From Candidatus Hermodarchaeota archaeon (GTDB taxonomy: Archaea; Asgardarchaeota; Hermodarchaeia; Hermodarchaeales; Hermodarchaeaceae), in assembly GCA_016839995.1 (NCBI GenBank), contig JAEOTD010000067.1, positions 1-14,530 of the forward strand: a stretch of DNA of 14,530 nucleotides. The letters run 5' to 3'. Numbering within the stretch: position 1 is the stretch's first letter; the number at the start of each line of letters is the position of its first letter. The notes beneath the pieces were generated by a model. The model was given only the letters and a program-made list of their open reading frames with translations. It was not told where the DNA came from and did no database searches. Positions 7,614 to 14,530 of this stretch are shown here, piece by piece. Position numbers and translations under genes: made by a program.

Positions 7614-7623
7614 TTTCCGTGGG

Positions 7624-8391
7624 TTAGAGGTCAGCGGCGGCTAATCGATCTCGGAGAAGACCTAGTATATCATTACGTCTTCCACGAAAATCGTATCGTT
7701 GCAGAAAATGAACTGAGTTTTGACTTACTTCCACTTGGCAGATGATACCTTCAGGATCTTCTACTGAATAGCGAGTTCCTTCGTCCGTTTTTGTAACACT
7801 TACATAGCACATTGGAAAAAAGTCAAGGATTGATGAGATGAGAATTCCTACACGGATGATGCCGAGACCTTGAAGCTCTCGGGAAGGTTTCGGTGCAACT
7901 GTTTCAGTAGTAGGCTTGGCGGGAGCAGCTTCAGTTACAGCAGGGGTTGGTGTTGTGACTTTTTCAACGGGGGCTGGTTGAGGAGCGGGTTTTGTTGGTG
8001 GAGGAGCTGGTGAGGGCGTTCCTCCAAAGCGCCCCAGGACTCCTTCTGTGATGTTGAACTTCTGGCTCAGGGTATGAATTAGTTGGTCATAGTATCCTTT
8101 GATTTCAGGGTCGTCGAGGATTTCACCATCAATAATTTCGATGTTTGTAACATCACGACCAATGCGGTATGGACCTAGTTGATAGCCTGCGCTTACAAGA
8201 GAGCGGGCTTTTCGTTGGGCGGCCCGTCGTTCAACAAGTGTGGTTGAGGAGCCTTGCCAGAGCCAGACCCGCTCCTTGAGTTCGTCGATAGCTATGACGA
8301 TTCGATCGTCGGTTAGAGCCTCGGTTGATAAGGGGAGGGGTTCGATTATCCCTGAGGAAAAATCGAGTAGTAACACAAATTTATCTGCCAT
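7624..8391 (-). CDS. gelsolin-like domain protein, paralogue 3 (Gel domain, Pro-rich linker, uncharacterised C-terminal module)
   Basis: 'DRIVIAIDELKERVWLWQGSSTTLVERRAAQRKARSLV...IEIIDGEILDDPEIKGYYDQLIHTL' is the closest of the three to the gelsolin repeat consensus (xWxG...s..ER.aA...A). The linker is 'GGTPSPAPPPTKPAPQPAPVEKVTTPTPAVTEAAPAKPTTETVAPKPS'. A T6 run on the minus strand follows the stop. Confidence 0.65.
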   Translation of the reverse strand: MADKFVLLLDFSSGIIEPLPLSTEALTDDRIVIAIDELKERVWLWQGSSTTLVERRAAQRKARSLVSAGYQLGPYRIGRDVTNIEIIDGEILDDPEIKGYYDQLIHTLSQKFNITEGVLGRFGGTPSPAPPPTKPAPQPAPVEKVTTPTPAVTEAAPAKPTTETVAPKPSRELQGLGIIRVGILISSILDFFPMCYVSVTKTDEGTRYSVEDPEGIICQVEVSQNSVHFLQRYDFRGRRNDILGLLRDRLAAADL

Positions 8392-8447
8392 TGTATCTAA
8401 TCCCGTCGGTTAAGGTTTCTTGTAAGTGAATCACATTCCATATTATT

Positions 8448-9575
8448 CTACAAGCACAATAACCTTTCTTGTGGGGGCGTAGTAACTTGGTACCCGGATT
8501 TTGTCACGGCGACGTTGATTTCGCTTCGTACTCCGAATTGCCCCTTGAGATAGATTCCCGGTTCTACAGAGGTTAGGGTGTTGGGAAGTAAGAAGCGCGT
8601 TTCTGGCATTTCATGGCTATCAAGGTTCGCGCCTTTTCCATGAGAATGCTCATCAATGCTATGTCCTGTTCGATGAAGAATTCCATGTTCAAATCCTGCA
8701 GCAATGATAATTTCTCGGGCAATTTCGTCTGGAATCCGTGCAGGGATGTTTGGTTTAATGGCAGCTGTGGCTGCATCTCTAGCTTCAAGAATGGTATCCC
8801 AGACAGTTTGTATTTCAGAGGGCACTTTTGAGCCAGTAAAAGCCATGTGTGTGATATCTGCAAAGATATCCCATTTTGCCCAAAGATCTATCATCAACAA
8901 CTGGTTCTTCTGGATAGTTTCATTCCCAGCAGTATAGTGGGGGTTTGCCGCATTGGCTTGAACAGCAACCATGGGTCCAGTAATATGGGTCAGATTTTCT
9001 TTCCTGAGCAATTCTCGCATAAAGTCAGCCACCTGTGCCTCGGTTACCGACCCGAGTCGATCTTTGACAAATTCGAAAGCTTGCCCCATGATATTTGTTA
9101 GCGTTTGGGCTGTACGTTTATGACTTCGTAATTGCTTGGGAGTAAGTACAGAATGAATGATTTGCATGAGATTTTCTCCAGACTCCCATGTAATTTTAGG
9201 CATTGTTTTTTGGAGATGGATGTATCGACCCGTGGGGAGAACATCGGTTTGGGGGTTTTTGCCATAGTTTAATGCTATGCGCTGGAACGTCTTAGTTACT
9301 TGTTGGATAGCTTGCAAAAAGGCTGCTTGGGTTCGTGTGTCTATGGTCTTGATTGATGAGTGGATACCGATTAACTCATTGCTCTCAACGGGGGATTTGA
9401 TAATGGTGATGGGATCCGAGGATGAGATTAGGATGGCGTATAATCGCGAATGGGGAGTCAATTCACCAAGTAATGCTTTACCAGTCGGATCATTTTCCCG
9501 GAAGTCAATAATTAGCCACGCATCAAGGTTTGAATCGTCCATGTATTGTCGGACAAGCCGGATTTTGTCACTCAT
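8448..9575 (-). CDS. M24-family metallopeptidase (Xaa-Pro aminopeptidase/prolidase-like, creatinase-type N-domain)
   Basis: Pita-bread fold metal-ligand pattern: 'LMIDLWAKWDIFADITHM' (D, D), 'HRTGHSID' (H), 'SVEPGIY' (E), 'VRSEINV' (E). I chose the ATG at 9575 ('MSDKIRLVRQYMDDSNLDAWLI', a typical N-terminus). The ORF track extends to a GTG at 9608, which is an alternative start. Confidence 0.8.
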   Translation of the reverse strand: MSDKIRLVRQYMDDSNLDAWLIIDFRENDPTGKALLGELTPHSRLYAILISSSDPITIIKSPVESNELIGIHSSIKTIDTRTQAAFLQAIQQVTKTFQRIALNYGKNPQTDVLPTGRYIHLQKTMPKITWESGENLMQIIHSVLTPKQLRSHKRTAQTLTNIMGQAFEFVKDRLGSVTEAQVADFMRELLRKENLTHITGPMVAVQANAANPHYTAGNETIQKNQLLMIDLWAKWDIFADITHMAFTGSKVPSEIQTVWDTILEARDAATAAIKPNIPARIPDEIAREIIIAAGFEHGILHRTGHSIDEHSHGKGANLDSHEMPETRFLLPNTLTSVEPGIYLKGQFGVRSEINVAVTKSGYQVTTPPQERLLCL

Positions 9576-9707
9576 GTTCAGAAGAGGTATGGCCACTTGA
9601 ATTACCACCTTTAGGGAGTTGTGGTTCTAGAGACCAAAAAGATTTAGGCAAAGTGGTCCTGTGCTACAAGAACCCTGTAGCATTTAACCAATTGCAATGT
9701 TGATCCT

Positions 9708-10616
9708 ATGGCAAGGAATTCAGCGACTGAGAAAGATAAGTTTGGAGCTATTCTGGACCAGTTACGGAAAGTACAAGCAGCAAACCGAGTATTAATACGG
9801 GGAATTCAGGAAGCAAAGAATCGAGCATGGGAATGGCGTGACAGACGAGATGAGTTACGTTCAGAAGCTCCTGTTGTTCATGAGGAAATGTCTGATCAGC
9901 GAACTAGACGGGATGAATTGAACGCAGAAGTTCAGCACCAGAAAAAGTTACGAGATGAGGCAAATGAGCATGTTCGATTGTTACAAGAACAGCTCCACGA
10001 ATTACGAGCGCAGCGAGATAATCAACGGAACTATATACCATTAGAGGAGTTACAACGACAATTTCGTGAACTCGAATGGAAACAGCAGACTACTACGCTT
10101 ACAGTAGAGGAAGAGCGAATCCTCTTAGATGAGATGGAAAGATTATCAAAAGCGATGGAAACTGCACCAACTCACACTTCTCAGTCGGCAAACCAATCAG
10201 AAGAAATGGATGAATTGTGGCAAGAGATTCAAGAAGCTCGAGATAAAGCACAAGAACATCATGAGAAAATGATAGCACTTGTTGAAGAGGCACAACAAAC
10301 ACATCGAAGTATACTCGGTTTATCTCAAGGACTTGGTCCTGCTCGATCAGAGGGTGATGAAGCTCATCAAGAGTATGTTAAATGCCTTCAAGAAGCAGAT
10401 GAGATGCGGGAACGAGTAGATGTATTACGAGAACAGGAAAGAGAGCTGAAATCTCAACTAGATAGTATTCGAAAAGATCAGAAGGCTTCTCGTCAAGCAC
10501 AAGAGCAGGCGGCTATGGAGAAATTAGCAGAGCAGGCTAAGGCTAAACAACAAGCTGGGCAAAAACTGAGCATGGAAGAGCTGCGAGCCTTGATGGAATC
10601 GGATGGAATAGGGTGA
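9708..10616 (+). CDS. charged coiled-coil protein (resembles the archaeal COG1340-type uncharacterised coiled-coil family)
   Basis: 302 aa, rich in E/R/Q/K with heptad-like periodicity. It contains 'LEWKQQTTTLTVEEERILLDEMERLSKAME' between two long helical halves. There is no SD, and ATTTAA at 9682-9687 lies about 23 nt upstream of the ATG, which may indicate a leaderless mRNA. The family assignment is from memory of the pattern only. Confidence 0.55.
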   Translation: MARNSATEKDKFGAILDQLRKVQAANRVLIRGIQEAKNRAWEWRDRRDELRSEAPVVHEEMSDQRTRRDELNAEVQHQKKLRDEANEHVRLLQEQLHELRAQRDNQRNYIPLEELQRQFRELEWKQQTTTLTVEEERILLDEMERLSKAMETAPTHTSQSANQSEEMDELWQEIQEARDKAQEHHEKMIALVEEAQQTHRSILGLSQGLGPARSEGDEAHQEYVKCLQEADEMRERVDVLREQERELKSQLDSIRKDQKASRQAQEQAAMEKLAEQAKAKQQAGQKLSMEELRALMESDGIG

Positions 10617-10634
10617 AGTGAGGCTAGGGTTCAG

Positions 10635-11648
10635 CTAGAACGACCGTTGATAAATGAAGTCAACCAAGGTTTCGAGTAATTGGGTTGCCTCTTTGTTGGG
10701 GAAGGAATCAAGGGCACTTTTGGCATCATTAACGAGCTGCTTGGCTTTCTTTTGGACAAAATCGCTAGCCGTTGTTTGTTTAAGGAGTGCAATGACTTTC
10801 TTGACATCATTTTCCGTGGGTTTATCGGAACGAAGAACTTGGAGAACATAGTCTCTGTCAGCTTGAGATAGAAGTGGCAGCGCCTGTAAAAGGACTACAT
10901 TACCGAGTTTATGTTCATAGATATCCTTGCCTAGTTTCTTACCAAGCTTTGCTTCTTCAGCAAAGAGGTCGAGGACATCATCAGCCAATTGAAAAGCAAT
11001 TCCAGCTTTCCAACCAAATTCTCGGGCAGCCTTTTGCATCTCCTTTGATCCAGCTGCACAGATTACTCCAATTTCACATGAAGCCCGTATTAGGGCTGCT
11101 GTCTTATACCCAATCATGGTTTCATAGTCTTCTAAGCTGACATCGCGATAACGGTGTTTTTCGGTGTATTCTTCATTACTGGGAAGTTGCTCAAATAATA
11201 CGTCCAGCCGTTCCCCTTCAACCAATTCCCGAATGGTATCAGCGATAATTCGGGATATAGCGGCATGATTGGGTGTTCTTATGGACCCCTCTTCAATTGC
11301 TTCACGATAATGTATTGCGGCTAAAATTCCAAAGTTCAAACCGAACTTCTTCCATGTCGTCGGGAGGTTTCGTCGAACATCAGCGTCGTCAATTACATCA
11401 TCGAGTATGAGAGAATAGTTGTGGACTAATTCAATTGCTGCTGCGGCTGAGAGGGCATCTTCTGTGTTTCCTCCTACTGCTTGGCAGAATAAAATTGTCA
11501 ATGCTGGTCGGACGCGTTTTCCTCCCGCTTGGACCTGATGGAACACCACTTCTTGGAAATCCTTTGAAGCACCTACGGTAAGGAGTTCCAGCATTTTGTC
11601 ATCTACTTGGGAACCAAGCTTCCCGAGAACTTGTAAAATATCAGACAT
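10635..11648 (-). CDS. idsA: (all-E) polyprenyl diphosphate synthase, probably geranylgeranyl diphosphate synthase
   Basis: First Asp-rich motif 'LILDDVIDDADVRRN', second 'FQLADDVLD'. An aromatic Tyr sits 5 residues before the first motif ('HNYSLILDD'), as in short-chain (C20) archaeal enzymes. GGTGA lies 6 nt upstream of the ATG at 11648. Confidence 0.85.
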   Translation of the reverse strand: MSDILQVLGKLGSQVDDKMLELLTVGASKDFQEVVFHQVQAGGKRVRPALTILFCQAVGGNTEDALSAAAAIELVHNYSLILDDVIDDADVRRNLPTTWKKFGLNFGILAAIHYREAIEEGSIRTPNHAAISRIIADTIRELVEGERLDVLFEQLPSNEEYTEKHRYRDVSLEDYETMIGYKTAALIRASCEIGVICAAGSKEMQKAAREFGWKAGIAFQLADDVLDLFAEEAKLGKKLGKDIYEHKLGNVVLLQALPLLSQADRDYVLQVLRSDKPTENDVKKVIALLKQTTASDFVQKKAKQLVNDAKSALDSFPNKEATQLLETLVDFIYQRSF

Positions 11649-11756
11649 TCCAAGTCACCAACGACTGTCTGGTCAGCTCCTTAGTTCTGAACTTTAAGGC
11701 TTTTTCTCAATGAGCTTACTTCAGTGTTTAAAGCCGTTTCAAGTTAGTTCTGTATT

Positions 11757-12656
11757 CTATAACACTTTTTGAAAGCGTTTTGCTTGAATACAAAGGAAGG
11801 TAGTGATAATGCGAGCGGCGGCAATAGCCGTGATGCCTTGGTCATATTGTGGTGTAACCTCAGTGATATCGAATATCATCGCTCGAGGAGTAACCACGCG
11901 AAGAATTGTGAGTAATTCAGAGGTTGTCAGTCCTCCAGCTTCAGGGTTTCCTACAGCGGGTGCATAGGCTGGATCTAGAACATCCATGTCGATTGAAATG
12001 TATAGAGGAGGACCTGGAGGGATAGCGTCGTTGATTCGTCGGGCTATTGTTGCTGCGCCTTCTTTTCGAATATCATTACAACTGTAATATGTGATTTTGT
12101 GTTCTTGGGCGTAGTCGAATTCTTCCTTCGATACTGCTCGAATTCCAATTTGGATGAGATGATCAGGACCGAGCTGTTCGACAATTCGTCGTTGGACACT
12201 GGCATGAGAGAATTCCTGGTCATTGAATCGATCACGGAGATCCATGTGGGCATCAAATTGAAGAAGCACGATGTCACGAGGAAGAGCCCGAACTGCTGCA
12301 AGTGTCAATGTATGTTCGCCCCCGAGGAGGATTGGAATCTTTTCTTCCTGTGCGATTTGCCCCACTACCGATTCGACTGCACGAAGCATGCTTTGGACGG
12401 TGTGTGGTTCAAAAGTGATATCACCGATATCTGCTATTGGAAGGTGTGCTGCATCAACGTTATTTTGTTCATCGAGACAAAAGCTTTCAATCATTTGTGA
12501 AGCAGTGCGGATTGCCGCAGGTCCTTGCTTTGAGCCTTTTCGATATGTACTGGTTTCGTCAAATGGAACTCCGGCAACTACAAACGATGCCGTGGATGGA
12601 TCGATTGGTGCCCCAAATAATGTGTTTACGACTGGTGAAACGCCTTGTACTGTCAT
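11757..12656 (-). CDS. speB: agmatinase (ureohydrolase/arginase family)
   Basis: Mn-binding motifs of the arginase fold are present: 'GGEHTLTL', 'FDAHMDLRD', 'SIDMDVLDPAYAPAVGNPEAGGLT'. 299 aa, the typical archaeal SpeB size. GAGGGA lies 6 nt upstream of the ATG. Confidence 0.85.
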   Translation of the reverse strand: MTVQGVSPVVNTLFGAPIDPSTASFVVAGVPFDETSTYRKGSKQGPAAIRTASQMIESFCLDEQNNVDAAHLPIADIGDITFEPHTVQSMLRAVESVVGQIAQEEKIPILLGGEHTLTLAAVRALPRDIVLLQFDAHMDLRDRFNDQEFSHASVQRRIVEQLGPDHLIQIGIRAVSKEEFDYAQEHKITYYSCNDIRKEGAATIARRINDAIPPGPPLYISIDMDVLDPAYAPAVGNPEAGGLTTSELLTILRVVTPRAMIFDITEVTPQYDQGITAIAAARIITTFLCIQAKRFQKVL

Positions 12657-12714
12657 GATAATCCCTCATTTGAAAAGACGGTTTTTCTGCTATTTGGGTC
12701 TTCCCTTTCTCCTT

Positions 12715-13938
12715 CTAGATAATTTGTGTAGGTAGTTTTAGTTTAAGGTCGGAAATTCGAGATTTGAGAGTGGAGGGAGTATGGGTTTCATAGTAAACGG
12801 TATTGATGAATTCGTCGGTAAGATGAGCCTCTTGGGCTGCTTTGAAGAAGCCTCGAATTAGCCATGCCCCTACTAAGTAGGTGTACCCATATGGTCCCCA
12901 CATGGGATCTGTCATGAATGGTAATCGTGCTTTTGCATAAGGTTCTTCGTAGGCTCCAAGGTCTTGAAGGTACTCTGTAACTTCAGATTCACTCCGTTGA
13001 TCCTTGTGGAGCATGCCAAGAGCATTGATACCAACTGCCCGACGAAGTTGTATGAGATATGTTGAGACTGACTCAGGCATGGTTAATGGACGAGCATCAT
13101 GTAGGATATCGGAGCCTGCTTCAGCGATTCCTTCAGCAATCGTGCATTCGGGAGAGTTGATAATTGCTATCGTTGACTCCAAGTTATGTGTACCTTGATG
13201 GTAACCGGATTCTTGTTTTACTAATTGGGTTTGGTGTCCCGGGTAGGTTTCGTGCGTTACCCATTTCCAGATGCTATATTTACTGCGAGGCAATTCGATG
13301 TTGATTTCAATAATAGCTTGATAATTTCCCTGATAATAGTTATAGGCACTCCAAGGTGCTTCAGGAACGGCGCGAAATTCGACTGTTTCTTGTGGAGGAA
13401 GCGTGAACAGAAGCTGTTCCGTTGCTCTGCGAGCATCAGCTGCTGCGTCTTGGGCCAGAGGGATAATTTCTACTCCCATTGTCATTGCGCGTTTTCGCCA
13501 TCGTGTTGCCATTGAGGTTAAATCGCCTTTGAGAACCTCTTTTCGAAGTGCTCTGTTTGCCTTTTCACTAAGCTCCTCAACGCGTTCTGCCGATATGACA
13601 ACAGGAGCAATATCTAAGCCTGTTTTCACACGTTCTTCAAAAGAAACGTTTTCACCAAGACCATATTTCACTAGGAGGGTCATTGCATCCAATTGCTTAA
13701 TCAGATAGGTTCTTCGTGGGTTCTCCCGAATCTGTGATTTTACCGATTCTCGAAGCTGGCGAATCGATTTCATCAGGTTGTCAGGATCAACTTTCTTCTT
13801 TTTTGGTTTCAAGTTCGGTGGACCAAAATAGCAATCGACGATGATAGTGTTGTCTCCAAGTTGGGTTTTCAAGTAATGGTCTAACTGAAATGCTAATCGA
13901 ATATACTCTTCACCAGGATCAAAAATTTCAGATTCCAA
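12715..13938 (-). CDS. DUF885-like putative zinc metallopeptidase
   Basis: 'WVTHETYPGHQTQL' resembles the DUF885 signature HE..PGHH.Q, followed by 'TIAEGIAEAG'. The start is TTG at 13938. A perfect GAGGTG at 13946-13951 (minus strand) lies 7 nt upstream, and the next in-frame ATG is far downstream. The start lies 4 nt after the GTPase stop. Confidence 0.5.
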   Translation of the reverse strand: MESEIFDPGEEYIRLAFQLDHYLKTQLGDNTIIVDCYFGPPNLKPKKKKVDPDNLMKSIRQLRESVKSQIRENPRRTYLIKQLDAMTLLVKYGLGENVSFEERVKTGLDIAPVVISAERVEELSEKANRALRKEVLKGDLTSMATRWRKRAMTMGVEIIPLAQDAAADARRATEQLLFTLPPQETVEFRAVPEAPWSAYNYYQGNYQAIIEINIELPRSKYSIWKWVTHETYPGHQTQLVKQESGYHQGTHNLESTIAIINSPECTIAEGIAEAGSDILHDARPLTMPESVSTYLIQLRRAVGINALGMLHKDQRSESEVTEYLQDLGAYEEPYAKARLPFMTDPMWGPYGYTYLVGAWLIRGFFKAAQEAHLTDEFINTVYYETHTPSTLKSRISDLKLKLPTQII

Positions 13939-13942
13939 AGGA

Positions 13943-14530
13943 TTACACCTCAGGAAAGAGTTTCTCCATCAGTTGTGTAGCCAAATCTGTGAAGGCTTCA
14001 GTGACGTTGCGCCCATCTAAGGCACTGGTTTCATAGTATTTTCCTTGAATACGATCAGTTGCTTGTGTTGCGGCGTATTCAGATACGGCTCGTTCTGATT
14101 CTAAATCGGTTTTATTTGCCAAGACTACTCGGATAAAATCGTTGCCTAGGGTTGATGTGACCTCGTCTAACCATTTGGATTCGACTGCTGATGCAGATGA
14201 GGCGCGAGTAATATCAAAGACGAAAATAACTGCATTGGCACCAGTATAATATCTCTGACGAAGTGGTTGAAATCGTTCTTGACCCCCAGTATCAAATAAT
14301 TGTAGTTTCAGTTTTTGTCCTTTCACATCTATGATTTTGGTGACAATATTGACTCCAATACTTGGTTTATAGTCATGCTCAAATTTATTTTCAGCAAACC
14401 GCCGGATTACACTGGTTTTTCCTACGCCCCAATCACCAACAATAACGACTTTGACAACGTATCCGGCTTTCCCAGGTGTTTCAGCTTCAGAGGTATTTGA
14501 AGGATGAGATTGTGCGCAGATTGTCCTCAC
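13943..14530 (-). CDS. Ras-superfamily small GTPase, Rab/Arf-like (Asgard-type); the N-terminus is at or beyond the window edge
   Basis: G1 is 'GDWGVGKTS'. Switch I is 'YKPSIGVN' (compare Rab 'STIGVDF'). G3 is 'DTGGQERF', G4 is 'NKTD' and G5 is 'ETSAL'. The protein ends '...MEKLFPEV' with no C-terminal Cys. The ORF is open to base 14530, where a GTG happens to sit, so the true start is uncertain. Confidence 0.85.
   Translation of the reverse strand: MRTICAQSHPSNTSEAETPGKAGYVVKVVIVGDWGVGKTSVIRRFAENKFEHDYKPSIGVNIVTKIIDVKGQKLKLQLFDTGGQERFQPLRQRYYTGANAVIFVFDITRASSASAVESKWLDEVTSTLGNDFIRVVLANKTDLESERAVSEYAATQATDRIQGKYYETSALDGRNVTEAFTDLATQLMEKLFPEV
13946..13951 (-). promoter_or_regulatory. Shine-Dalgarno GAGGTG embedded in the last codons of the GTPase gene, serving the TTG start of the downstream DUF885-like gene (translational coupling)
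   Basis: The minus strand reads cct-GAG-GTG-TAA-tcct-TTG. The motif is complementary to the archaeal 16S 3' end consensus and has 7-nt spacing to the TTG. Confidence 0.6.

Noticed and set aside
6031-11751. The 8-mer TTAGTTCT (minus strand AGAACTAA) occurs in three minus-strand intergenic regions, at about 6032-6039, 11681-11688 and 11744-11751. Each copy lies near a TTTAA(G/A)-like element.
   Set aside because: This was a post-hoc observation of a short AT-rich word. Its distance to the start codons is inconsistent (about 17, 33 and 96 nt), and I could not exhaustively count occurrences inside the genes. It is worth a motif search but is not supportable as a regulatory site.
12099-12735. Long plus-strand ORFs (12099-12500, 12271-12735, 12437-12658) antisense to the agmatinase gene. 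Similar antisense ORFs occur at 8613-9101, 9277-9600, 13004-13708 and 10654-11140.
   Set aside because: They lie entirely inside genes with strong family motifs on the other strand. They have no SD or promoter context, and their translations are low-complexity Cys/Arg/Ser-rich sequence typical of shadow ORFs.
10635-14530. The idea that the Rab-like GTPase and the GGPP synthase lie on the same strand because the GTPase is geranylgeranylated, as eukaryotic Rabs are.
   Set aside because: The GTPase ends in '...LFPEV' with no C-terminal Cys or CAAX/CC motif, and no prenyltransferase is present. GGPP synthase is needed anyway for archaeal membrane lipids.
1-14530. I looked for tRNA/rRNA genes, C/D-box sRNAs, CRISPR repeats, IS or terminal inverted repeats, and integrase or transposase ORFs.
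   Set aside because: None were found by eye. The only C-box-like word (GTGATGG at 7502-7508) has no downstream CTGA D box. No spacer-repeat periodicity or mobile-element proteins are present.

Overview
The window is gene-dense, with 16 CDS covering roughly 90% of it. I saw no rRNA or tRNA genes, CRISPR arrays, transposases or integrases. It reads as archaeal chromosome, most plausibly from an Asgard-type archaeon; that lineage call is inference only. The support is GGTGA/GAGGTG-type Shine-Dalgarno boxes, oligo-T runs after stop codons, isoprenoid-lipid genes, and an unusual density of eukaryotic-signature-like proteins. Ordinary metabolism makes up most of the rest. It comprises a partial FGGY sugar kinase, a LarA-like nickel-pincer racemase/epimerase homologue, a class II HMG-CoA reductase, an M24 Xaa-Pro peptidase, a GGPP synthase, an agmatinase and a DUF885-like putative metallopeptidase. 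The most interesting part is 4748-8391. It holds three highly diverged paralogues that share one architecture: an N-terminal gelsolin-like domain, a low-complexity linker, and an uncharacterised alpha/beta C-terminal module. They surround a polytopic membrane protein and an 80-aa protein. One paralogue has a Pro-rich linker, and another ends in an acidic tail resembling the ribosomal P-stalk C-terminus. Nearby are a Rab/Ras-like small GTPase apparently translationally coupled to the DUF885-like gene, a V4R (Bet3/TRAPP-related fold) protein paired with a small winged-helix-like protein just upstream of HMG-CoA reductase, and a 302-aa coiled-coil protein. All family calls come from motif recognition by eye, and no database search was run.
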